Source: Squalus acanthias
Taxonomy: Eukaryota
NCBI GenBank assembly: GCA_030390025.1
Contig: CM059431.1
Coordinates: 131,504,001-131,568,000, forward strand
Direction of reading: 5' to 3'
Length of the DNA: 64,000 bases
The notes under the pieces are model-generated. The model was not told where the DNA came from. It made no database searches and worked only from the letters and a program-made list of their open reading frames with translations. The position numbers and the translations under genes were made by a program. Below, one piece after another: positions 24,135 to 37,477 of this stretch (position 1 is its first letter; each line of letters starts with the position of its first letter).

Positions 24135-26178
24135 TGAACTTTCTCATACGTCAATGATGGAAAATCTGTGAAAACTAAAGAGGCAAGGAACAGCATAAAA
24201 CTAAAGGAAAGGGCATACAAAAATGCAAAAAATAGCACAGATTCTGGCGAATGGGAAAGATACAAAGAACAGCAAAGGCTCAGAAAACAGATAGAGCTAC
24301 AAAAATGGAGAATGAAAAGAAACTTGCAAGGGATATCAAAATCAATACGAAGAATTTTTACAGTTACATTAGAAAAAAGAGGGTGGTCAAGAGCGATGTT
24401 GGCCCCTCAAAAACTGAAAGTGGTGATATTGTCAATGACAATGGGGAAATGGCGGACATGTTGAATAATTACTTTGTGTCAGTATTTACAGTAGAAGAAG
24501 AGGATAGCATGCCGGAAATCCCAAAGAAACTACTATTGAGTTGGGGACACGGACTCAATAAAATTAACGTAAGTAAAATAACAGTAACGAAGAAAATAAT
24601 GGCACTAAAGAGTGACAAATCCCCAGGACCAGATGGTTTCCATCTCAGGGTTTTAAAGGAAGTAGGTGAGCACGTTGCAGATGCCCTAACTATAATCTTC
24701 CAAAGTTCTCTCGATTCAGGAGCCATCCCCTTAGATTGAAAAATTGCACACGTCACTCTGCTTTTTAAGAATGGTGAGAGAGGGAAACCAAGGAATTATA
24801 GACCAGTTAGCCTAACATCTGTTGTGGGGAAATTGCTAGAGTCTATAATTAAGGAGAGGGTGACTGAACACCTCGAAAATTTTCAGTTGATCAGAGAGAG
24901 TCAGCATGGATTTGTGAAAGATAGGTCATGCCTGACAAACCTGAATGAATTTTTTGAAGAGGTGACTAAAGACAGGGGAATGTCTATGGATATTATTTAT
25001 ATGGACTTCCAGGAGGCATTTGATAAAGTTCCACATAAAAGACTGTTATCTAAGGTAGAAGCCCATGGAATTGAGGGCAAATTATTGACCTGGTTAGGAA
25101 ATTGGCTGAGCGGCAGGAGACAGAGAGTAGGGCAATGGGTAGGTACTCTAATTGGCAGGATGTGACTAGTGGTGTCCCGCAGGGATCTGTGTTGGGACCT
25201 CAACTATTCACCGTATTTATTAACGACTTAGATGATGGCATAGAAAGTCATATATCCAAATTTACTGATGACACAAAGATAAGCGGCATTGTAGGCAGTG
25301 TAGATGAAAGCATAATATTACAAAGGCATATTGATAGATTAAGTGAATGGGGAAAAACTGTGGCAAATGGTTTTCACTGTAAGCAAATGTGAGGTCATCC
25401 ACTTTGGACCTAAAAAGGATAGAACAGGGTACTTGCTAAATGGTAAAAAGCTAAAAACATGGATGTCCAAAGAGACTTGGGGGTTCACGTACACAGATCA
25501 TTAAAATGTAATGAACACGTCCAGAAAATAATCAAAAAGGCTAATGGAATGCTGGCCTTTATATCTAGAGGACTAGAATACAAGGGGGTAGAAATTATGC
25601 TGCAGCTGTACAAAACCCTGGTTAGACCACACCTGGAGTACTGTGAGCAGTTCTGGGCACCACACCTTAGGAAGGATATATTGGCCTTGGAGGGAGAATA
25701 GCAGAGGTTTACCAGAATGTTACCCGGACTTCAAGGGTTAAGTTACGAGGAGAGATTACACAAATTAGGGTTGTATTCCCTAGAATTTAGAAGAGTAAGG
25801 AGTGATCTGATCGAAGTTTTCAGGATAGTAAGGGTAACAGATAGGGTAGATAGAGAGAAACTATTTCCGTTGGTTGGGGATTCTAGGACTGGGGGCATAG
25901 TCTAAAAATTAGAGCCAGACCTTTCAGGAGTGAAATTAGGAAACACTTCTGCACACAAGGGGTGGTAGAAGTCTGGAACTCTCTTCCGCAAACGGCAATT
26001 GATGCTAGATCAATTGTTAATTTTAAATCGGAGATTGATAGATTTTTGTTAACCAAAGGTATTAAGGGATATGGGCCAAAGGTGGGTATACGGAGTTAGA
26101 TCGCAGATCAGCCATGATCTCATTGAATGGCGGAACAGGCTCGAGGGGCTCAATGGCCTACTCCTGTTCCTATGTTCT
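24135..26178 (+). mobile_element. CR1 LINE ORF2 fragment (disrupted)
   Basis: [37 protein letters not shown] and RPHLEYC motifs, plus the CR1 3' tail. Confidence 0.92.
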
Positions 26179-26394
26179 CACTATCACTGTCTGCACCATT
26201 ATGAAAAAGTGACTCAAAATTGAATAGAATCACACCACAAAGCTGATGTTTTTTTTTAAATGTCTCAAGATAATTTCTGGTACAGATCTAATTGAGACAG
26301 TCAGATGATGGTTGAAACTGCTTGAACCTCATCTCTGGTTTGGCATCCTAAAAGTGTCTCAATTAAATGACTGCTTTGTGATAACTCCCAGCTA

Positions 26395-26911
26395 GCCGGC
26401 GGATTTTAACTACCAGCATGTTTTGGGCGGGAAACCGCTGTTTTCAGTTAGATTCCTGCCCACTCTTGGCAGAATGAAGCCACAGAGAATTTAACCACTG
26501 GAGCAACTTCCTGCCCATTCTGACAAGTAGCTGCCAGTCTGTGGAAATTCAGGTGACACTCGGGTAAGTGTGGGGATCGGGGTTTGGAAGGCTGAGGACA
26601 CTAATAAAATATTTACCTTGAAGGGTCTCTTCTGCTTCCAATATTCTTCTCACTTAAATTTACCTGGCAGGAAGGTTGCAGCGGCTTCCCCCACTTAGGT
26701 CAGAGTTAAAATTGCAATCAGACTCCGATTTGCATATTTAAAGAATGACTCTGTCAGCTTCAGACAGGTGCGTTTGCCACCTGAGAAGATGAGCATGTTA
26801 AAATTGAAGATAACGGGATCCAGGCAGGACATTGATGGGTAAGTCACCTGATTGATTTTAACATCATACTCGCCCGATTTCCACCAGGTGAGTAGGGTCA
26901 AAATCGACCCC
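26395..26911. mobile_element. Harbinger-like MITE
   Basis: Ends ggcggattttaac ... gtcaaaatcgaccc. Related to 1629-1877. Confidence 0.5.
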
Positions 26912-27281
26912 ATTATTCTCCAGGTCATTATTCTCACCTGTCAATTATTTATCATTCACAATTTTATATGTTTCTGTAAATGAGTCTTTGTCATTTATTT
27001 CAGAATCAGAAATTACCCTCCTCAGTTTTGTCATTGTTTTTGTCAGGCATAAATGTATTTTTGTTGTTTCATGTTAGTCATGGTTGGCTGACATGCATGA
27101 ACATGGCCAGTTGCCATGTTCCCGTAAACCTAGTGTGTAGTTTGAGATATTAAAAAACTTCATAACATAGAATGTTGCATTACTGTATTTTAATTCACTG
27201 CCGGTTTTGTGTGAGCTTTATTTGGTTAAAAAATCTGATAGTGTGCTTAGAATGAAACCATTGTGCTGGTGTAGGCAGTGT

Positions 27282-27567
27282 CATAGAAACATAGAAACAT
27301 AGAATCTAGGAGCAGGAGTAGGCCATTCGGCCCGTCGAGCCTGCTCCGCCATTCAATACGATCATGGCTGATCATCCAAATCCAGTACCCTGTCCCTGCT
27401 TTAATCCCCACAGTACACATATCCCACCCTACCCCCGTAACCCCACGTATTTAATTCCCCCTAACATATCCCATCCTATCCCCATAACCCCACATATTTA
27501 ATCCCCCCTAACACTAAGGGTCAATTTATCATAGCCAAATCAACCTAACCCACACATTTTTGGACTG
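27282..27567 (-). mobile_element. Truncated V-SINE (HE1-like) with CR1-derived tail
   Basis: (catagaaa)n tail and CR1 3' end joined to V-domain-like caatttatcatagccaaatcaacctaacccacacatttttggactg. Confidence 0.7.
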
Positions 27568-28419
27568 AGTGTCATTGAGTGTGGCTTCTTATACCCCAAC
27601 CCCTTTGATATAAGAACTGGTGAGAACTCTGATGAACTATACAATAGTTGTCTTGTACAGCAGTCTTAGTCTATTTCACTGTATTTTATAACTCTACAAC
27701 TTTGACAGACCCTGCACTGGTGTGACTTTTCTCTGACAGTGGTAGGTGTGGGGGATGGGCGGCAGACGTCTCGTGCAGGAAGATGACTGTTTGGATGGCT
27801 GCACAGAATAGGCATCAGGTGACAGGCTATCATCCTGACACAGAGCTGCACCTAGCCCTATGACTAATGGGACACACATGTGTACAGTAACCTTTCTGCC
27901 AACACCCAGTCGGCCACTCAGAGGTTCAGGACTGCCCATTCCCTCAGGTGAGGCAGTGACAGAGATAAATTTATTAGCAGCCGATAGAAGGACTGCTGCC
28001 AAAAGAAGCTCACCAGCTGCAGCTGACTATATTCCCAAATTCCCCAAATCCCAAGTAGTGTTGGCAAACAGGCATTAGAAAAAACTACAGGAGATTCCTA
28101 TGGAAGAACAGCTTTCAAGGAAAAAAAGATGAACTTTCAAATGGAGGGAAAAACGTCTCAACAAAAAAAAAGATTTTGATAGACTTGTTCTTTTTGTGAA
28201 GAGGCAGAAGATCCGCTCATCACTTCTGTCAGAGTGACGTTGCATACAGTGATACAGTGATGTGTTTCAATTCAATCATGTCTTTCTGTTGTGTGTTGAT
28301 AACAAACAAAAAGTAGGTTCTAAACCACTTTTTCAATGAAGACAATGTCCTTTTAAAGACAGGAGTATAATACAAACAGTTAAGTTTGAAGAAGTCATCT
28401 ATTCCGCATATTTTAAAAC

Positions 28420-29243
28420 CTTAAATGAATTAGATGAAGGAATAGAGAGCCGTATATCCAAGTTTGATGACAGCACTAATGTTAGGTGGCACAGTAAGTA
28501 GTGTAGATGGGAGCAGAAAGTTGCAAAGGGACATTGATAGATTAAGTGAGAGGGCAGAACTGTGGAACAGAGAGTTCAATGTAGGGAAGAGTGAGGTCAT
28601 CCACTTTGAACCTAAGAAAGATAGATCTTTCTAAATGGTGAGAAGCTAGGAACTATGGGTGAGCAGAGCAATTTAGGGTTCAAAGTACAGAAATCACTAG
28701 AAGCTAGTGGACACGTACAAAAAAATAATTGAAAAGGCGAATGGATTGTTGGCCTTTATCTCAAGAGGGCTGTAGAATACAAAGGGGTGGAAGTCATGCT
28801 ACAGTTGTATAAAGTTCTGGTTAGACCGCATCTGGAGTACTGCATTCAGTTCTGGGCACCGCACCACAGGAAGGATATACTGGCCTTGGAGGGGGTGCAG
28901 CGGAGATTCACCAGAATGATACCGGGGTTAAAAGAGTTAAATTATGAGGACGGGTTGCATAGACTAGGCTTGAGTATAGAAGATTAAGGGGTGATCTAAT
29001 TGAAGTGTTTCAGATGATTAAAGGATTTCATAGGGTAGATAGAGAAACTGTTTCCTGTGGTGGGGGAGTCCAGAACAAGGGGGCGTAACCTCAAATTAGA
29101 GCTAGGCCATTCAGGGGTGATGTCAGGAAGCACTTCTTCACACAAAGGATAGTGGAAATCTGGAACTCTCTCCTAGGTCAATTGAAAATTTCAAAACTGA
29201 GATTGATAGATTTTTGTTAGGTAAGGGTATCAAGGGATATGGA
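28420..29243 (+). mobile_element. CR1 LINE 3' fragment (degenerate)
   Basis: LQLYKVLVRPHLEYCIQFWAP translation. Colinear with 25220-26070. Confidence 0.88.
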
Positions 29244-29525
29244 ATGTGGGCAATGCTGGTAAGGCTGCATTTAATGCCCATTCCGAGTTGCCCTGCAGTG
29301 GTAGTGGCGGACCTTCTCCTTGAACTACTGGAATCCTTGTGGTGATGAGGCTCCCACGATGGTGTTTTGTACACAATTCCAGGATATTGACCCAGTGATG
29401 GTGAAGGAATGGAGATATGTATTTTAAGTCAGGATGATGTGTGACTTGGAGGGGAACTTTGAGGTGATGGTGTTCCCATGACATTGCTGCTTTTGTCCTT
29501 CTTGGTAATAGAGTTCTCAGGGGAA
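29244..29525 (-). mobile_element. 3' fragment of the 3036-4822 LINE family
   Basis: WEHHHLKVPLQVTHHPDL on the minus strand and the same 3' UTR. Confidence 0.8.
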
Positions 29526-30099
29526 GGTTCGTGAAACTTAGTTACTTCTGCATTCCATTACACAATTACAATTAACTGTCATTTTCTCTCCTCTCCATTG
29601 TATATTTTGTTTTCTCTGCATTGGTAGCCCTCTCATGTTGCAAATAAATTCATCGCTGTCTGAGAGGAAGGACAGGTGTTGAATTGCAGGTTGATTTAGT
29701 CTGTGCAACCAAGTGGCTGTGGCTAAGATAAAGGACTCGCCATGAGGGACAGTTTCTTCTGTTCACTATAATAGCAAAATCTTAAATGTGAGTATAAAGA
29801 ATATACTTGCTGGTCTATGAAAACAACCACAAATGATAAACAAGTACTGATTGCCAATAACTTAAGTCAATAACTCAATTGAGCAGTTATGATGAAATTC
29901 AATTTTTGCTTTGATTTAACTGCTATCCATTATCTTTAACAATTTGAGGTGTAGTGTTTTTATTTTATTTATAAAAGTAACATTTCTCTCTCTGACAGGC
30001 TTGCTCAGCATGGTGGAGTAAGTGTTATGTAGAAGAAAGAGTTGTAGGCCTAACAATGATGTGGATCTGAAGGTGTATGGCATTATAGAATTGGTTAAA

Positions 30100-30230
30100 A
30101 AAAAAAGCTGAAATGCTGGAAATCTGAAACAAAAACAGAAAATCCTGGAAACAAAGGGCAGGTCAATCAGCAATAATGGAGAAAACAGGCATGTTAACAT
30201 TTTTCATGAAGACCCTTCTTCAAAACAGTT
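30100..30230 (-). mobile_element. Old PLE family B 3'-end remnant
   Basis: gctggaaatctgaaacaaaaacagaaaatcctggaaa resembles 52240-52285, followed by a decayed HHR-like core. Confidence 0.55.
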
Positions 30231-30999
30231 ACCAGGAAATTGTATACCGTTTATTTTATGGAAGATAAACAAAGATTTAAACAACACTTTGGTATCCTTC
30301 TGGAATAAATGTATCCAAAATAAATAAAATCTAGCATGCTATTTGAGACATCAAATAACCTGAGGCCCTTTGTTGTACAGAAATCCCTGGGGTTAGAGAA
30401 TAAATAAGTGGCTATTTCTCAGGCCCATGCATTTGGTGTGGGTATAAACGTACACTATCTCCATGCCAGGCAGAATTCCACTTATCTCCTTCCTCATGCT
30501 TTGTGAATGGGGAAAAATGCCACCTACTGTATTTTTCAAGACACTTTAAGCACAGATCTCATTATGGAGTTCTCTTCATTAATAAGGGCCATTTTAACTC
30601 CTCACCAGCCCAGCAGGAATAGGGAAGTCACGTTTTTACAATAACCCGGGGAGTACTTACTGCCCTGTTCCCACTCAATTTTTGCCAGCCTCCCTCTTAA
30701 CCCTGCACATTTTTTAGCTGGCCATCTCATGCATATGTGCTGATTGAGGTACTGTGATGACATTAGGACCTCGATGCAATAGTAACACAAAATAGCAGAA
30801 GTCCTGCCAAGCACCAAACCCAGTGAGTAAAAGCTAGCAGGATTGGTTTAAGAGGACCACTAGAAGGCATATTTAAAGGTGACTCAGCTGAAAGCACTCA
30901 TATCGTAGACATCTGTGTGCTGTTGTGCTTTTAGGATTTCCAATGGATATTTGAGCTTGGAGATTGCTTGTTTTTGTTTTTCTGCTTTACTCACCATGA

Positions 31000-32130
31000 G
31001 TAAACATTCAGTGCTTATGATGCTGCTTTGATTTGGATGCGAGCTTTCTCCTGGGCTGTCTTTCGCACCAGTACCTGCTCCTGCTCACTTGTGCTAGGTG
31101 CGTCACCAAGTGTTGACCCCTCTAACTCACTGTTTAACCCACCCAGTCTGCCAATCTCCGTACTGGTGCTTGGACAAGTTCGAGCACGTAACAGTACATC
31201 CTCAGAAGTGTCTTCTTCAGGGTCTTGCTGCTGAGAAGGACCTAGAGGAAAGACAAGAGTTAGCATGCCACTGAAGGCTGGACAGTTGCAAAAAATGTAG
31301 CTTGAAGTTGTCAAGCTGGCTGAATGTGATTTCTTGAGGTACATGAAGGGGTACAAGTAATAGGCAAGACACCATGTTCAAATAAGCAACCAACTCCACA
31401 ATCTCAAATTCTCATCGCTCTTGAAGGGCCATTGATTTCCAGAGCTTCCTATTCCATCTGAGTGTTGGCCATGATGCTGAGTATTCCTCCCATGATCTTG
31501 CTCTTCTCCCTTGGGTTTAGTACTGTTTTCCCCTGCAGAAAACAAGGACAAAAGTTAGTGAGTGGCAATTGTGTAAAGGAAACTGCAAATGCATAAAGCT
31601 TCTGCATATAGTGCACATGCTGAGAGATGGAGAAAAAGCAAGATGCAAGCAGCAGGGGAATGTGGAGTGAGGAAGGTCATGAGAGGAGTTCCTTGTTCTG
31701 CAATTGCTACTGTACCATGTAAGCACAGAATGCCGTTAGTGGCTGCTGTGAAGGCAGTAAGCAAGAGGTGAATGCATGTTTGGAATGAGAATAACAGGTG
31801 TGCCCCTGTGATTGATGGTGAAGAATGTGATGCAGGAGAGATAAATGTTCAGAGTGCTGGGGAGGGAGAAGGGACTCTTTCCAGGTGTTATGCAGAGAGA
31901 TAGAGAAATGAAGAGCTGTAATCATCCTTGCTGCTGTTGTCAGGTTATTAGAAGCGTTTTCTGCACTGAATCCAGGTCCTGGAGATAATGCTTCTGGAAC
32001 TCACAAGCTCAGCCATTTCTCTCCAGGCTTCCAGGTCTTTAGAATCTTCTTCCCATTTCTGGTAAAGGAAATGACCTTCCTTGTCCTGGCCTCTTCCACG
32101 AAGACTTCCACGGAGGCATCAGAGAACTTT
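31000..32130 (-). pseudogene. Spliced Harbinger Myb/SANT-like gene relic
   Basis: 31925-32128 minus gives KFSDASVEVFVEEARTRK..EAWREMAELVSSRSIISRTWIQCRKRF. Further pyrimidine-tract/AG acceptors near 31533 and 31243 lead into GKTVLNPREKSKIMGG and GPSQQQDPEED. Confidence 0.65.
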
Positions 32131-33100
32131 ACATAGAATTACATAGAATCTTTTGGCACAGAAACTGACCATTCGGATCAACAGGTCTAAGCCAGTGATT
32201 ATGCTCCACACAAGCCTCCTCCCATCTTACTTCATCTCACCCTATCATTATATCCTTCTATTCCTTTCACCCTCATGTACTTATTCAGCTTCTCCTTAAA
32301 TGCATTTATGCTATTCACCTCAACGACTCTGTGGTAGTGAGTTCCACATTCTCACTACTCTCTGGGTAAAGAGGTGTCTCCTAAATTCCTTATTGGATTT
32401 ATTAGTGTCTATCTTATATTTATGGACCCTAGTTCTGGACTCCCCTACAAGCAGAAACATCTTCTCTATGTCTATCCTAATTTTAAAGACTTTATTAGGT
32501 CATCTCTCAGTCTTCTCTTTTCTAGAAAAAAGAGACCCAACCTATTCAGTGTTTGTTGATAGTTGTACCCTATCAGTTATAGAGGGTTATGCTGATAGAG
32601 TTATATGAGGAAAGACGGGAGGAGGTCGAGTGAAGCATAAACACCGACATGGACTGGTTGGGCTGAATGGCCTGTTTCTGTGCGGTATATCCTATGTAAT
32701 TTTATGGTATCCTCCTTGTAAATTTTTTTTGTACTTTCGCCAGTGCTTCTATATCCTTTTTGTAATATGAAGACCAGAACTGTGTACAATACTCCAAGTG
32801 TGGTCGAACCAAGGTTCTGTATAAGTTTAACATAACTTCTCTGCTTTTGAATTCTATTCCTCTAGAATTAAACCCCACTGCTTTGTTTGCACTTTTTATG
32901 ACTTTGTTAACCTGTGTTGCTACTTTTAATGATTTGTATATCTGTACCCCTAGATGCCTTTGAGCCTCTACCCCATTTAGATTCTTATTTTCCAAGGAAT
33001 AGATGGCCGCCTTATTCTTACTACCAAAATGCACCACCTCATACTTATGTATATTGAAATTAGTTTGCCATTTACATGACCATTTTGCAAGTTTCTTAAT

Positions 33101-35205
33101 GGCCCAGATTTTGCAGTGAACAGCACAGGAATGGCGCTCATCGTTCATTAAGCTTACAGCTGCCCACAGACTTTTCATGGGCTTTTGAGTGGCAACTTAT
33201 GGTTAGTAGAGATCCTTTTCAGCACGGCGCCCTCTACAGGGGATCTGTGGCGTGTGTGAACAGGGCAAGCAACAGTGTGTCTCTTCAACCAATCAAATAG
33301 AATCACTGAGATACGCAGGCCGGAATTTTACCGGCGCTCAGAGTGCAGGTTCGGAGGTGGGTCCGCTGTCAAAATCAAAAAGATTGACAGCAGGTCAGTA
33401 TCCTGCTGTCAACTCGCCTCTGTGTCAGTTTCCCATGTGTCGAGTCTGTCATTCGGAACACGTCAGGTAAGTAGGTCGGGTGTTGTGTTATTCCATCAGC
33501 CTCGGTGCCCTTGAAAAAATCTCACCTTGGTCCTCAGAATTCCAACATGATCAGCCCCAACACCAGCAGCACCAAGCACACCAGCAGCACCAACATCCAC
33601 ACCAACCTTCTCCGCAATCAACTGATGCTGCACAGGACACAGGGCATCATCACCCGTGCACATTGCTGCCCGGGATGTCAGCGGCGATGGCCTCACCATG
33701 TCCAGATTTACTTCACTTAACACTGTACACCCTGGCTGCCACAAGATGCACCAGGTTGGCACCACCAGCACTATAAAGCATCCCTACAATGTCCAAGCCA
33801 TTCCTTTCACACTCATCACCATTGAGGGTGGGGTGGGGGGCGGAATGGGGACGTTATGTCTCACCATTCACTGGAACTCACTAAGACACTTCCAAAGGTG
33901 CACACAAATCTGTCCAAGAAGGCAAAGTGTTGAAAATAAAGATTTCAATGCTTGACAACACATTAACAGAAACTTTACAGGAACATTGGCTAAAGCACAT
34001 AAGTGCCTACCCTTGTATATTGTTAGTTTGAATGATTGGACAAGGATGAGGGTGAGTGTGAGTGGTGACTAGTGAGATGGGGAAGTGATAACGTAGATAG
34101 AGACGGATGGGTGGAGGTGTAAGGTAAGTTGGTGTGAGTAAGGATGTACAAGAGTAGGGTAGGGAAGGTAGGTGATGGGGATGTGATTAGTGGCACAGGA
34201 GGATGAGGTTGAGTGTGGCTTTGCAGTAACATTTCGTGATCTACTGAGATCATTGAAAGGTTTGGGCCACTGCAGCCAGGTCCTCCTGACAACATCCCTG
34301 CTTGTGCCCTCCTGTGCAATGTGCAACCAGGCTGCGTTGGTGTCCTGGGGAGGTGTCTTCTGCCCATGGGAAGGGAAGAGATCCTCCCTGCGTGCTGTGA
34401 CTCCCTCCATAAGCATATGGAGGGAGTAATGGGAGAGCCTGGGTGCAGCCGTGCACCTTTGTGCAGTGCTTGTCAGTGTTTGCAGCAACCCAATGCTGCA
34501 GAACACTGACAGCACAACTGTCAAAATCAATGTGGACATGGCCCCTTTAAGGAAACAGGCTGATGTTGCGTCATCAAATGACGTAATCAGACCTGCTGCC
34601 TATTAATTGGCCGGAAACCTCAAGCCCAATCAACGGAAAATCATGTTGGAGGCCGGGATCGAGACAGATGCGAGGTCCTCACAGGCCACAGACCCGCCGA
34701 GGTTGGAAAATTCCAGCCGCAGAGTCTAAACCAGAAAGTGTAAATTAGAATATTTCATTCAATGTAAAATCATGTACAGAAAGCAAAATAAAGTGAAGGA
34801 AAGAAAGATTAAGAGAGAGAGATAAAAAAGACAGAAAGATAAAGTAAAAAAAAACATTTTAAAATTTTTAAACATCAACATTAATTAAAATCTGAAAGAA
34901 TGAGACTTCACACTTGTAAAAGTAAATTTTCACTGCCGGAGAGGTTGTTTGGCAGTAATTAAGATTTATCCCACTGTTAAAATTTCATTTACACCTGATT
35001 GCACCAGCCCTACCTTTTACTGGCGTGTTTAGTGTTTAACTAGTAGGAAAGTACCGCAACTTCGCGCCCTTAAATATATTTGAATGCGAGTCTTTCAGCG
35101 AGGTAACTGCTTGTGAGCGGACGCCAGAAGTTGCTGTCCGATTTACTCCATTATGAAGTTGAGTGCTGATAGCCTCACCGTTATTCTTAATGCAAAATCT
35201 GGGCC
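33101..35205. mobile_element. Harbinger-type MITE containing a nested element
   Basis: Perfect 15-bp TIR ggcccagattttgca / tgcaaaatctgggcc, with TSD AAT. Confidence 0.88.
33318..34718. mobile_element. Non-autonomous PIF/Harbinger element with Myb/SANT segment
   Basis: TIR ggccggaatttt / aaaattccagcc and TSD GCA. The minus strand at ~34235-34450 gives APRLSHYSLHMLMEGVTARREDLFP..PPQDTNAAWLHIAQEGTSRDVVRRTWLQ. Confidence 0.88.
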
Positions 35206-35500
35206 AATGTCTTGTTGCATTTTATCACAGTTTTACTGAGTATTAATTACTCCCCCCACCCCCTTCCCCCCCAAACCCAATTTGGTGTCATCCATAAATT
35301 TTGATATTGTACTTTCAATTCCTGAGTCCAAATCATTAGTGTATCTGGTGAACAACAGTGGTCCCAGCACCGATCCCTTTTGAACACCACTTCCCACCTT
35401 CCGCCAGTCTGAGTAACCCATACTCTCTGTTTTGTAGCCAGTTTACTATCCATTCTGCTACTAGTCCTCTGACTCCATATGCTCCAACCTTAGTCATGAG

Positions 35501-35620
35501 CAATGTTCCCTCTAATTTTGTTTGGCCCTGCGCAGCGCGGGACATTCAAAATCCCACGCATGCGCGGTTTTTGCATTAAAAAACATGCAAACTGGGCCAT
35601 GCAGCTTACAGGGAGCATTG
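35501..35620. mobile_element. 120-bp hAT-type MITE
   Basis: TIR caatgttccct / agggagcattg, with 8-bp TSD GTCATGAG at 35493-35500 and 35621-35628. Confidence 0.9.
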
Positions 35621-37477
35621 GTCATGAGTCTACCATGCAGTACTGTAGCGAAGGCCATCTATATTTATATCCACTGCACTACCCTTGTCTACTCTTTCTG
35701 TTACTTCTTTAAAGAATTCAATAAGGTTGGTCGAGCATGACCTTCCCTTTTGAAATCCGTGCTGACTATTCTTTATTATATTTTCAGTTTCTAGATGTTT
35801 TTCTATTATATCTTCGATTAAAGATTCCAATATCTTTGTTACCACCAATGTTAAGCAAACTGGTCTATAGTTCCCTGGATTTGTTCTATCACCGTTTTTG
35901 AATAGAGGGATAACATTAGCTGTCCGCCAGTCCTCTGGCACTATTCCTTTTTCTATTTTCTATTCTATTTTTTATATGTATATTCTAGTGCCTGTGCTAT
36001 CTCTTCCTTAGCTTCTTTGAGTATGTGTGGATGCAATCTATCCGGTTCAGGGTTTTATCCTCTCTAGTTTGTCCAGTTTATCAATTATTTCCCCCCTTTC
36101 TATCTTAAATGTCTTGATATCCTTTTTGATCTATTCTTCTAATATCATGACCATTATTTAGTCTCCCTGGTAAAAACTGAGGTAAAGTAACTATTCAGTG
36201 TTTCAGCCCTATCCCTATCTTAATTATCCTTTTGTTATTTATGTGTCTATAGAATACTTTATTATTTCTAGGGGCAGCCTTGTGACTCATTTGGAAAAAT
36301 CAGCTTTATGCACCAGTATTAGACTGCAATCTGGCAGAAGTGAATGCAACCTCCCTTTAAAAGGTCCATTCACACTTTAAATAGGCCCTTGGAAGCCTGC
36401 TGTAAATCCCACCCTGAAAGTCCCTGTTCCCAATGCAATTGAGCGGGCAGCCCAACAATCAGATACAAATGAGGCCCAGGTGTTCAAATCAACCTGCCGT
36501 CACACGGATGACGTTGGGTAGGTTTGACGCTCATCTCCCCCGCCCACCTGAAACCCGCTTCCAATTAAAATTCCCTCAATGACTCTATCACAACACTTCA
36601 TCATGCCAGTGAAATGTTATAGTCAGATATTCTCGAGGAGTACATAACATGAGGCCTGTACCTTCTGCGGAAACAGAAAATGGTCAACTTTTATCAAGGT
36701 GACTTACTTAAAATCTAAGTCAGCTCTTTTTCCACACCTGATTTGTTTCTTGTGTTCTTTGTTACTCATCATTAAGCCACTGACTTGCAAAACATCTGCT
36801 GTTTATACGCCAGCACCAGCGCAGTATCTATTGGAGTACCTCAGAACACCTTGGGAAATTACATGCCACATTCAACTGGATGCGTTAAGGAACTTAATAG
36901 AGATGAAGATAGGATATGGATAAACATTTTCACTTAATAGGAAAGTGGATTGGATTCCTTTCTGTGTTCAATTCTGAGCTGGGCAGAATTCCAATTGTCA
37001 AAATCCAAATTCGGTCTGAAAATTGTTTCTCAAAAATGTAGTGAGAGAAATTGTGAGTCAAGTGAGGAAGGACCTCTCTAGATCACGAGTCTAACAAGGC
37101 TCTTCTTCCTAAGTTAGATAGGAACTGTTGATATTCCTTTGGGAAAAAATCAACTGAAAGGTTATTTTCCTCTCGAGTGGTTTTCACAAGCTCAATGGAC
37201 TTTCACTTGAACTCCAGCTGTGCTCATGTTTACTGATGGGGATCAGAGCAATTTCACTGTGTTTCAATCAGTTACAAAAACACATTGAGTTAATTTTATT
37301 CTATCATCCTGCTTCAGAAGGAAATACAGTCTGTAGAGTTTTGGGGATATATTAACCGCTTTTCCTTCATCCTTCCTCAGTTTTCTGCTTTTGCTGTTAC
37401 GAAGAGAACTCATTTTTATTAAGTTGATGCCATTCATGCAGAAGTGATGTGGCAATGCTTTTTACTGCAACTTATAC

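Larger units (their letters stand above)
32131..36200 (-). mobile_element. CR1 LINE (host of nested insertions)
   Basis: ORF pieces 35630-35941 (PEDWRTANV..NYRPV..QHGF), 35233-35421 and 32702-33100 (RPHLEYC). The 3' tail is at 32131. Confidence 0.88.
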
